Shown here: piece by piece, positions 1 to 10,776 of the stretch | Numbering within the stretch: position 1 is the stretch's first letter | How the letters are laid out: every line of letters starts with the position of its first letter | Origin: Nemertoderma westbladi | Taxonomy: Eukaryota > Animalia > Xenacoelomorpha | NCBI GenBank assembly: GCA_032718475.1 | Contig: JAUCBJ010008782.1 | Coordinates: forward strand, 1-38,612 | Direction of reading: 5' to 3' | Length of the DNA stretch: 38,612 bases | The notes under the pieces: model-generated | Seen by the model: only the letters and a program-made list of their open reading frames with translations | The model's database searches: none | What the model was told of the DNA's origin: nothing | Position numbers and translations under genes: made by a program

Positions 1-391
1 ACTAATATGCTGATTTAATTAATTTATCTACAGATCTACGCTGCTGTATCATAATAATTATTTATTATATTGGAAAAAAAGTAGAAATATTTTTTCACTA
101 TTCTCGAGGCATTTTATTTACCGAGCGCCAGCGAGGTTAATAAAGGGTCGAGAGAATATTGAAAAAAAACTAAATGTTAATGTTAATTACTCAATGTTAA
201 ATAATTTAGTGTTCTCGAATATTTATTACGTAACTAGAGAGCCACTTAACAACATAAACCAATATTGGATATTGAGTTCCGTTTTGGAGAACGCTGTGCA
301 GACACTAAGTTACAGTAACTTCTGAGTGTCTGAATGGATTTTGCTCAAATGACGTGTAAACCTTTTCTACGTCAATGCTCTTTCAACACAT

Positions 392-464
392 TTAACCCTT
401 TCAACCCTATGTCTCAACAGTTGAGACATGACATACTGCGCCATGTCTCAACTGTTGAGACATG
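392..464 (+). mobile_element. Probable isolated piggyBac-type terminus (TTAA + CCCTT, two subterminal palindromes)
   Basis: TTAA at 392-395 is followed by CCCTTTCAACCCT. Palindromes ATGTCTCAAC-A-GTTGAGACAT (409-429) and CATGTCTCAAC-T-GTTGAGACATG (442-464) follow. No partner end found in the window. Confidence 0.4.
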
Positions 465-766
465 AGTTCCTATCGTTTCCTGTCCAGTGCCAGTCAATCC
501 AGCCCATTCTATAGATGATTTTTGAATACTCCGTGCATTTAGATGTGTTAATGGTGCAAAATGGCCCACTGTCTGGCAACTGCAGGCAGTAGCCAGTCTA
601 CTTGCATACTACTATAGTTAGACCTTATTTATTTTATTTATTATTTATTTATTTATCTTATTTATTTATTATTCTGATTATACTGATGTATTGCATTAGT
701 TCATTATTCAGATACAGACTGTAGAAACATATATAATATTGGATATAATATGCTTCCTTATTTTTT

Positions 767-884
767 GACAGACAGACTGACAGACAAACAGACATACATA
801 CAGACAAAGACAGATACATCCTAGTGTTGGTCAGTCGTGGAAACTGACATCAGAAATGAAATCAGCGACCTGGAAAACCCCCAT
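767..884 (+). repeat. (CAGA/CATA)n microsatellite followed by a motif resembling non-autonomous Helitron/Helentron-associated elements
   Basis: gacagacagactgacagacaaacagacatacatacagac, then catcagaaatgaaatcagcgacctggaaaaccccc. Family assignment is by resemblance only. Confidence 0.3.
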
Positions 885-1141
885 GGCGAATGTTTTTATT
901 ACATAATATGCCTCCTTATTTTCTAACCAAAGCAATGACCGAAATTTGTGCCATTTTGTCGACAAGCATTCTTATTATATGTCATCTACCTGTAATGCAG
1001 CTGCAATGCAGCATGCCGATTGCCGATCCTAGTAGTAGTAGTATGTGAACACATACCTCTACTCCTACTGTATTACCGTTATAAAAAATATATTTTACGG
1101 TATAAAAAATATATTTTAATGTGTTTTTTTTATCTCTATAG

Positions 1142-3719
1142 GCTTTGCTCAACATGAGTGCTCTGTGGAGCATGTTGGTGCAATGGCTGCGTGGTCAGAG
1201 CGACAGTTGCGTGAAAAGAGCAACCTATCAGTGAGTACGTTAGTCAATGACGCCCAGTTGGAGAAGAATCGGTACTACCTTTCTTCCATTATAGACATTG
1301 TGCGATTTCTTACGGTAAATGGTCTCCCCTTGCGCGGTGATAAGGAAGATAATATAAGACAATGTATAACTACATTAGACTGCGACACTGGAGAATTGGA
1401 CAGCAATGGATTGCCATGTGGTTTATTCCTCCGTCTTTTTGAATTCACTATGAGAAAGGATGATAAGTTGAGAGATATATACAAGACAATCCCCAACGTG
1501 GCCACATACACTTCGCCAGGAATTCAAAATGAGGTTATTAATGTAATGGCAAACCTGGTTAAGGAACATATAGTAGATATGGTAAAGACAGCAGATGTGC
1601 CATACTTTACTTTGAAAGTCGATGGAACACGTGACCCAACTGGAATTGAGGATTTGAGTATTGTTGTGCGTTTCGTTAAGGTTGGCGTGGTTGAGGAGCA
1701 CCTCCTGGAAATTGCAAAGGTTGTCGAACTTGATGCCAAGTCGTTAACTAATGCCATTATGGAGGAACTGAAGTCATCTGGTTTAGATCCGAGTAATATT
1801 ATCTGTCAGTGTTACGATGGGGCTGCTGTAATGTCTGGTAAGCATGGAGGGGTGCAGGCATTACTGCAGGATGCTGTAGGTAAAAGCATTCCATATGTAC
1901 ACTGCTATAATCACCAATTGCACTTGGTGGTTGTGCATGCACTGCAAGAGAATCTATGGGCTAGAAATTACTTTGAACTTTGTTCAGTCTTGTATAACTT
2001 CACTAGGAAGCCCAAGGTCGCTGCTCTGTATGATGGTGCTAAACTCCATCGCCTTCTCGAACAGAGGTGGTCTGGACATTTACAGACAACTAAGACTATA
2101 TTATACAATTTTGAAGAGATAACCAATCTTCTCAAATCCTGTGCCGATTGCTCAGAAACTGATATTTCTGTGGAGGCTACTGGTCTACTAATGAAGATCA
2201 GAGAATCTAAGTTCATGTTCATGTCTAAACTGTGCTTCAAGATTCTTAGCTTATTGAAACCAGCCAATGATGCTCTACAGTCAAAGTCAATGGATTTGCT
2301 CTCAGGTTCCGAAGTTGTTCTAGAATGCCTGAAATGCATTAAGGATCTACGCAACAGTAAATTCTTCAGCGAGATTTATGTCCCAACCAATGACGATGAT
2401 TGCAGATCAAGAAAAAGGCGCGTTCATGTAACTAGCACAAGGTTAGACATTTTTGTAATTGTTGATTACGTTCCACATGGTGGACCTTTGAATCATTTAT
2501 GTCATATTTCTGATTTGAATTTTGACAATTTTATTAATAATAAATTAAAAAATGTTAAGGCATTAACGGGAATGTGGGTTAATTTTATAAAAATGATTTT
2601 TAAGGAACACATCTATATTTGTGAGTGCGAATCTGAGGAGGTCACCAAAATAAACCCCAGTGTAGCCCACCTCTAGTAATATTACAAAACATGAGGTTAA
2701 TAATTTAAATGTAAAATGTATTTGTAGATTATCGGACTCTGTGGCATATGAGACTCTAGGATCCGGATCCAGACCAAGTTCGCATTGTTCCCGTGATGTC
2801 TCTGCGAAGGATAATTTCAAGCAGACCTATAGTGAAATTCTAGACCTCATTATTACGGAGATGGAGGCTCGGTTTGGAGGCAAGAGCGATATTGTAAGTT
2901 TAGTTTGTTCGGACTTATTAGTATATTAGATTATTATTAGATTATTATTTTATTTAACTTCTAATACTGGGCTATAAGTTGTATAGATATCATGCAAAAT
3001 AAAAATCAGGGGTGTGGGTCAATAATGACACCCCCCCCCCCCCCCCCCACCCTCCCCTACGAACCCCGATTTTTATTTTGCATGCATACATTTCGAATGC
3101 TCATTGCAAGTTGTATTTTTTGGCGTAAAATTTGGAACTATAACAAAATTTTGCACCCACCCCCGAAAAATACACGTTTGAGAGTGCAATTATTATTTAT
3201 TCCATCGAAATCAGAACCCAGAAAAACCGACGTAACTCAAAAATATACATGGTATAACTTTTTTTATAAGAAAATTTCAGATTTCCAACTCCATTTGTTT
3301 TCAGAAATATAACAACATTAACAACACTAACAACATTAACATATACAATTTGCCCTTTGCAGCTAACTGCAATTGGAGTTTGTGGAAATCTGGGACAATG
3401 TGTAACTCCAGGAGAGATCCAGCCACTCGCCTCATTATGTGGGATACGAATTGAAGATCACATGGACGAGATCAAAACTGGAAGAACTTTCATCAAAAAC
3501 AAACTGAAGGGAGAAGATAAGAGTAACCTTTCGTTGATTGTATCAACCATGTACCCTTATCGGGATGCCTTCCCCAATGCATACCGATTGGTAGCGGCAG
3601 GATTAACGTTTGGTTCTTCATCAGCAACCTGCGAAGCATCATTCAGTGCCCTCGCACGAATATTAACTGCATTTCGGTGCTCAATGTCGCACGGACGTAA
3701 GGCCAATCTAGTAATACTG
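1142..3719 (+). CDS. Spliced hAT-superfamily transposase (ZMYM1/DUF4371-like); exons 1142-2441, 2728-2893, 3363-3719; upstream exon(s) and last exon not found
   Basis: Motifs: TTF-type Zn finger end GFAQHECSVEHVGAMAAW, LPLRG, YTSPGIQNEVI, LKVDGTRD (D1), QCYDGAAVMSG (D2), YVHCYNH (CxxH), RW, SSATCEASFSAL (E). GT-AG introns 2442-2727 (phase 2) and 2894-3362 (phase 0) join the separate ORFs into one frame. Acceptor at 1140-1141, probable donor GTTAGT at 3720. Confidence 0.85.
2991..3084. repeat. Inverted repeat with poly-C spacer inside hAT intron (MITE remnant)
   Basis: catgcaaaataaaaatcagggg (2991-3012) pairs with ccccgatttttattttgcatg (3064-3084). Confidence 0.55.
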
Positions 3720-4859
3720 GTTAGTGCTGTAGTGTCTGAGTCTCAGACACTACAGCACTAACCCTGTAACCAGCTAACAGACTAACTTTATTCCAGTATT
3801 CGCAGATTCGGCTACCTACTTGTCACCGGTACTCCAATTAATACTCCTGTACGTAGGCCATGCTTGTACTCGTACTATATGACTGTAGCTAGACCAGTAC
3901 TGCAGTAGACAGGTAGACATACCGGTAGACCTGTAGATTGCTACCATCCCTGCCACGTCACTTAGGCAGGTCTACTGCTGTAATGTCAGACTACTGGACT
4001 ATACTCAGATACTGTAGTTTTAGCTATTGTTTGCTTTGTTGCCCCATCGTCGCTACTGAAAAAGAATATGGGGCGAGTTGCGAGCCATCAGCGAACTGCT
4101 TTAATTATACTATGGCCGTTTCCAAAAGTCTGGGTGTTGTGTCAGTGTGTGTGTGTTTGTCGGAAGCCAATATCAGAATAACATATCCATATTATAATAA
4201 TTATAATTGTTCGCTGAGATGGCTTTCCAGATTCTGCTTCATGGAGGCCCCTCTCTTGTTATACTGTAGTGTAGATGTAGAACGCTAAGAGTATACTGTA
4301 CAAGACAATGGAATTAGAGTGGAATGAACTTAGGCTTGGGGGGGGGGGGGGGGGGGGTGCAATTGCCCAAGGGATCTAAGATCTAGGAGATAAAAATTAC
4401 AGGCATAGAGAGGGCGAAATGTTGGAGTATTAAAGCCTATTCCTACAGTGTTATATTTACTGCAAAGATGTAGCCTCTGTTATATACCGACCGCTAATGT
4501 AAAAGCGTTTAGATTTATCAAAGTATTTATTATATTGTTTAAATTTAAAAAGTTTGATTTAAATGCGCAAATTGCAAAACCTCAATATTGTTTCCATTTT
4601 CCAGCCTGAATTATGTTTTACATCAATCAAAAATATTTCAAATGCATTTCTGTACTACAGTAAATAGACTAATTAGAAACAAAAATAAAAAAAATTTCAA
4701 AAAAAATTATTTTTACGGAATGCCAAACTATATACAATAATTGTATACATTATCCATCCGACAGGGTTGTTTTTTGCTAATTATTATTTGCATCACTGGA
4801 GTGATTTGCATGTTAACGCAATTTTTATCCAACATGCGCACTATTTGTTTTTACGTAAA

Positions 4860-5200
4860 CCATGAGGTAAACATGAGGTAAACCATATACAGTACATTAG
4901 CAAGGAATAGTTGTTATCGAGTTTGCTGGAGATTAATGATGCGTGTATTAATACCGCAAAATCAGGCTTTGGTGAAATTGCCACGTACAGTACTCTGTTT
5001 AGATTGCGAAGATGATAGTATGATTCTCTTACTATTCGGGACACTTTTCAAGAGTAAGATGTGAATCTATAATTTGGCCGATGTTTTGTACTATTGAGCT
5101 ACATGGTAATATATCCGAACCTGCTTGTAATGTTGGTTCTACGAACTGGTTCCAAAATCTTGAATGGAGCAAAACCACCTCCGTTTCATGCGAGTTCATT
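4860..5200 (-). pseudogene. Degraded L2/CR1-group LINE ORF2 fragment (region C-terminal to RT)
   Basis: Two frameshifted pieces, KMNSHETEVVLL...CSSIVQNIGQIIDSHLTLEK and SRIVRESYYHLRNLNR...LIHASLISSKLDNNYSLL, fit the L2-type KLNxxKTE...RNLGVxxDxxL...LRNIxRIR...SRLDYCNSLL pattern. Confidence 0.7.
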
Positions 5201-5937
5201 TTCCACGGTTTTACCCCTGTAAATATTGTGACGTCTATTCCATGTCGAGCTACCGTTAGTCCGAAATGTCCCCTAATTGCTGAGCTCGCTGCCTGATCAC
5301 TTAGACCACACTCATGACTCATCGGTGAGTCATAGCACCCAAAGGGTGTCATTGGCGCCAGACTGTCGGGGTGATACCTCCCAATTAGTCTAATTAGACC
5401 CTAATTCACAGGTGTCATAAATTAATTAGTAGGCCTATATTCAATTAATGATCAATTAATCCCCAATAGGTGTCTTATGACTTCTAATTAGGGTTTAATT
5501 GCTTACCCTAATTAATCACACTGATTAGCGCTTGGACACCCAATGGGTCATCAGTGATGTCCAACTATCACCGAGCTGGCCAAACGGGTGTCATTAAGTG
5601 ACACCTCCCCTCTGATTTTCCTAATTACTCATACCTCCCAAACTGTATCCAAGCGCCCCTCCCCCTCATCCAATAGGCTTTACTAATCCTTTACCAATTG
5701 CATTATGTGCCCTTTATTGCATCGGACCTACTGTACCTCTATTATAACCCCAGGGTCATAACATTAATTAAGCTGCAAGCCGCCTTTGATGTCGTTATTC
5801 AATGGCGCCACATTGGCTACCATTGAAAAACATTAGGTGAGCTATAACTAGCCTCGTGCGACGTCAACAAAGGTGCGTCCTCATTGGCTGCTTTACTTAC
5901 ATCTGCTCTATGATTGGTTGCTTTACTTACATCTGCG

Positions 5938-6335
5938 CTCATCTAGCTGCATGGTGCAGCACTACCACTGCCGCATCTACAGTGGTTCCACGTGTAGTGC
6001 TGCCTCTGCTGCATCTAGCTGCATGTGCTGTGCAGCGCTACCACTGTGGCATCTAGCTGCATTTTGCAACGCTACCACTGTCGCATCTACAGTAGCTGCA
6101 CATGAAGCGCTACCACTGCGGCATCTAGCTGCACGTGTACTGCTACCACTGACGCATCTAGCTTAACATGCAGCGCTACCACTGCTGCATCTAGCTGCAC
6201 GTGCGGCGCTACCACTGTCACATCTAGCTGCATGTGCAGCACTACCAGTGCCGCATATCTACAGTAGCTGCGAGTGGATTGCTACCGTTGCGGCATCTGG
6301 CTGCACGTGCAGCGCTACCACTGTCGCTTTTGCTG
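5938..6335. repeat. GC-rich minisatellite, ~33 bp unit GCATCTAGCTGCACGTGCAGCGCTACCACTGTC with ~38 bp variants
   Basis: About a dozen degenerate tandem units. The same unit recurs at 7233-7425 and 24092-24254. Confidence 0.85.
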
Positions 6336-7232
6336 CATACTGCTTTCGCTGTATATCGAAATCTTATATTTTATCAGAGAATTATTCAATATCTAAGCAC
6401 ATAATATTTCGTGCCAAATCTGTGCTGTATATCACTGTTGAGATTGTTTGTCCGTTGCTTAGCATCGGTTGCCGTAACTCTAAGGCTCCTATTGGCTGCC
6501 ATTCTTGCAATATTCTTACGCCTTATTGGCTGTTCTATTTGCAGTGTTACTTGTTTATATAGTCGATGTTCATGCCATTACTCTCTAGGCATAACTTGAT
6601 AACATCTAAGCCCACTACGAGTTGTGTAATTTGCAGGACTCGTAATATTTCACCTGCTCGTTGCATACATTAATTAATTGCTCGCTGTGTTACATTATTG
6701 ACTTGCGGTATGTTGCATTATTATTAATTACTATTATTGCTTTACTATTGTTGATGAATATACAAGACCAGAGATCAAACCAACTCGATTTCCACACGGT
6801 TAGTGCTGACTGCGCCCTGTCTGTAATGGATTCGGTTCATCTAGTGCGCGTGTGTGCGTCCTTAGTACAGCAATATTATTCCCCAACTAGTAATTATAAT
6901 CTATTAACACTATGTATGCAGCACGAGCGATCAGTGTGCTTACCACCACGCACTGAGTCCTACAAGGTATCCTACCTGTAATATATGTAAGTCACACGTA
7001 CATTTACTCGCCAACAACACATTATAACGGAACGGTTTACATGTAACTGTCACTTTATTCCCTTGAAGCAGTTTATAAGTGCCGAAGCTTTATACTTACA
7101 GTAATTGGTTGTACATCCAGTTTAGATATATATATTAGATAATATATACAGTATATACACCCATACACTCATAAGAATTACAAATAGACTCGTTGTAGCT
7201 GATGTAGGTTAGCCTCCTGTAAAAGCCTTGAC

Positions 7233-7425
7233 AGTCACATCTACAGTAGCTGAACGTGCAGCGCTACCATTGTCACATCTAGCTGCATGTGCAGCACTAC
7301 CACTGTCGCATGTACAGTAGCTGCACGTGCAGCGAGACTATTGCTGCATCTAGATGCATATGTACTACTACTACTGTCGCATCTACCTTCACGAGCAGCG
7401 CTGCCACTGCCGCATCTAGCTGCAC
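7233..7425. repeat. Second array of the 33 bp minisatellite
   Basis: Same GCATCTAGCTGCA...CTACCACTG unit. Confidence 0.85.
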
Positions 7426-7805
7426 ATACATCGTTACCAACACTATCGGTAATTCAAAAACGCCAACCGGCATGGCAGCTTGTTACTTTTTTATGCAGCT
7501 CGTCTGCAGTAATCCAAAATCGCCGCATGGCACACAGCGGTTGCAAACCGCTATGCGTCGCTCTCAACGAACAGTTACGTATGAACAGCTAATTGCGTCC
7601 TTGCAGCTAAATCGAAAATGGAGATTAAGGGATTGAAATTATTTAATCTTATTTTTAGCTTCATATTGAACTCGTCTTTTTTAAAATAAAATCAAATATA
7701 CAGGCCTATATTATTTATCTTCAATATACTTTAACTTGATACATTGTTTTCCTCTTAGAAATACGTAACTTACTATTGTATATTTAGAGAGTAGAGCAGA
7801 GAGAG
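7263..7805. repeat. 543 bp LTR-flanking segment duplicated at 24092-25603
   Basis: Near-identical direct repeat (one substitution noticed). The second copy has a 972 bp insertion and lacks 3 bp (GTA). Confidence 0.9.
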
Positions 7806-8113
7806 TGTTCGCGCTTTCAGACCTTTGGCAGTTTAACCCGCCAAATTAGGATGTCTTCTAGATAATAAATCGCTTTTAGCCTCTGACAAGTATTTGATTC
7901 ACTACACTAGTTGAAACCAATCTGTGCGCGATCATTCACCCGCTGGATATACCCGGGAGATTGACTTCGACGGCTTAATCTTATTGCTATGTAAGCCTAA
8001 TGTATTATTCGACTGACAGTATTATATAATCTCTGACAATATTATTCACCTTCGGGGAATATTAACAGTTCCTTTTGGACGTGGCGCTCTATCTATATAA
8101 ACAGAGCTATGAC

Positions 8114-10776
8114 CATGGCCTACTTTATAAGAGGCCATGACAACGCACGGGCAAATAGCTGACTTGGAGGCCACTTTGTTTATGGGTGTAAGTCGGAATA
8201 TATGGTAGATACAAACTTCTAACCTTTACCTACCCCCACTAAGTCGATGCTGAGGATCTCAAATATCATATTTAAAATTGTTTATCTCGAGACCCTGTTG
8301 CTATGGCAACATCTAATCAGTGGATACCGGTTGACCGGTATTTGTCTGTCTGTATAGCATGTAGCCTATATCTGTATATGCCTAGTTTCTAGTGGGGCGG
8401 CCTACTTCATGTGTACTTCTGTATTCTGTTTTCTTCCAAATGTATAGCACATAGTACTTATCCTTTATCGGTGCCTGTGACCACTTATGGCTTAATACTC
8501 CTTGCTTAATACATAGGGCCTATTGTTGTTTGTGATACCGGTACCTCGTTTTATTATGTTTGACAGTTGATGTGGTAGGCCTAGCCTATTAATTCGGTAA
8601 TTACCGTCTGAGATCTGACCGTGACCGACAGATTGAACAGTTGAAGCAGTAATCATCGCCTCGGAGTCCTTACTTACCTGCATTCAGTATTTACATGCGG
8701 TTTTCTAGTTGCATTGCATGCGATGCCTAGAAAGTGCTGCATTCCACTTTGTCGCTCCAACTATGCAAATGAATCACCGGTAACCGTTTATCGAGTTCCT
8801 AGTGACGAGCCGTATCATTCTCAATGAATGAGCGTTCTATTGAAAGTTCGCCAAAATTTAATTGTCTCCAAGCACACAGTTGTGTGTGAACTGCATTGGC
8901 CGGAGGGGTTTTCGTTTTCCCAACGTAGGGCTTTTCGCTCACAGAAATTAATTCCTGTCGAACCCCCCTCGATATGGCCTCAGATTTCTCCAAGTTGCTG
9001 TCCCATATCTCAGCCAAAACTGCGCGATGTATCTAAAGCCTTGGTTAACCACTCAGGGAACATTTCTTTTGTTTGATTTTGTTCACTTGATTAAATCAAT
9101 TCGCAATAATTGGATCACTGAAAAGAACCAGGCAATAAACCTCGATGGCAAGATAGCCAATTGGTCGAGTATTAGAAGTTTATACGAGTCTGAGAAGTCC
9201 AATGTTGTTAAAATTGGTCATCGACTTATTCACAAAGCTGTATACCCGAAACCTATTGAGAGACAAGACGTTTGTTTAATGCTTCGAGTATTTTGTGACG
9301 AAACTGTAACAGCTTTACGTACTCATACGAAATCAAACAAAACTGACAAAGACACGGCAGATTTCATAGAAGTTTTTGTGAAGGCATTCAAGATATTAAA
9401 TGTGAAGTCCAAGAATGAGGCTATACATTTAAATGATGAATGGCGGAGTCCCATATCAGATCCTGGTGATAAACAGTTGAATATACTGCTCGATATAGCT
9501 TCTAATGTTGAGAAAATGAGGTGTGTAAATGGTAAAACTCGCTATCAGACATTTACAACAGATACAGCTAGCGCCATTGTTCATACGTTTCGTGGTTTTG
9601 TAGATTTGGTGAAATCGTTACTTCAACGCAATTTCGATTATGTTTTGTGTGGTAATTTTACCACTGATCCACTGGAAAAAGCTTTCGGTCGGATTCGCCA
9701 GTCAGCGGGAGGAACATACTTCATTGCAGCAGTGCAAGCCCTTCAGTATTACCAAATACAAAAAACAAAACTGTTAGCCTCAATTAATTTCGAGTTTCTC
9801 CGACATGAGCAGTCAACAACGCAGAGCGATTACGACTCACATAAATGCTCTAAATGTAATGTCATATTGACTGAATTTATTGTAGATCTCGTCGAGACAC
9901 TACCTATGTGTGAAGATGAGATAAATGTTGACACTAAACAAGCGTTGTACTTTATTGCCGGTTATCTTCAGCGATCTTTACCGGAGAATACTAACATAGA
10001 CCCTTCTACAGTTGTCTATACAGAGTACAGCACCTATTAGAAAGAGCTAGACTGAGGTCGCCTTACTACACCATCAGATATACTAGTGCAGTTTACCTTT
10101 TATTGTTTTATTTTTTTTCTTAACATCAGTGTGCTTTCAGTTTGCCGGAGAAGTCTTTGCAGCTACTTTAGCTTTGTGTCAAGTCAATATTTTGATGGTG
10201 AGATTCCACAAGTGTGTCTAATGAAGCTAACTAATATTTTTTTAAACAATCAAACGAAACTCCTTACACCATTGTCTTCGAAGGAATCTTCTACTAATAA
10301 ACTAAAGTTGTCACTATAGTTCTTATTTTTCTACTTATTTGATTTACTTTTACTGTAACTTATACGCAACTTATATATTTGATTTAAGTATTATTTTCAT
10401 TTTTTTAATGGAAGTTCAACCGGATACTGATCAACCGGTATCCACTGATTAGATGTTGCCATAGCAACAGGGCCTCGAGATAAACAATTTTAAATATGAT
10501 ATTTGAGATCCTCAGCATCGACTTAGTGGGGGTAGGTAAAGGTTAGAAGTTTGTATCTGCAGCCGTTTAGAAGTTAGATGTTGCCATAGCAACAGGGTCT
10601 CGAGATAAACAATTTTAAATATGATATTTGAGATCCTCAGCATCGACTTAGTGGGGGTAGGTAAAGGTTAGAAGTTTGTATCTACCATATATTCCGATTT
10701 ACACCCATAAACAAAGTGGCCTCCAAGTCAGCTATTTGCCCGTGCGTTGTCATGGCCTCTTATAAAGTAGGCCATG
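8114..10776 (+). mobile_element. P-superfamily (THAP) DNA transposon, 2663 bp, ~220 bp TIRs, 8 bp TSD GCTATGAC
   Basis: TSD at 8106-8113 and 10777-10784. The empty site is visible in the other LTR (agagctatgacttaaac near 25901-25917). CAT...ATG termini. Left TIR 8114-8334; right TIR 10431-10776 with an internal duplication. Confidence 0.95.
8723..10319 (+). pseudogene. THAP-domain P-element transposase pseudogene (THAP9-like)
   Basis: MPRKCCIPLCRSNY...*...VVCELHW is a THAP domain with TGA at 8825-8827 where Trp is expected. An internal deletion/frameshift near 9030 leads straight to FLLFDFVHLIKSIRNNW. CGNFTTDPLEKAFGRIRQSAGG carries the catalytic E. Further in-frame stops at 10038 and 10053. 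Confidence 0.9.

Noticed and set aside
99-158. Hairpin-like TATTCTCGA...CCGAGCGCCAGCGAGG...TCGAGAGAATA as an element terminus
   Set aside because: Too short and imperfect to assign.
2442-2676. C-terminal 78 aa of the 503 aa ORF
   Set aside because: Read-through into an AT-rich intron; hAT similarity resumes at 2728.
3030-4357. Poly-C (3031-3048) and poly-G (~4338-4357) as long-range TIRs
   Set aside because: The flanking sequences are not complementary.
5353-5370. TGGCGCCAGACTGTCGGG as a primer binding site
   Set aside because: No repeated LTR next to it and no confident tRNA complement.
5938-6335. CRISPR-like array of palindromic ~33 bp repeats
   Set aside because: Units are head-to-tail with no unique spacers, there are no cas genes, and the context is eukaryotic.
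7218-7226. TGTAAAAGC as the LTR end (perfect 9 bp inverse of GCTTTTACA), giving a 1.8 kb LTR
   Set aside because: It gives no TSD (CCTCC vs GAGAG), lies outside the duplicated segment, and the same 9-mer also occurs at 4498. The 7806 boundary gives a perfect GAGAG TSD and rejoins a GA-rich tract.
5856-7636. Short Ala/Cys/Leu-rich ORFs here and their copies at 24116-24432 and 25183-25434
   Set aside because: They are by-products of a repeat unit divisible by three and of the duplication; no domain or splice support.
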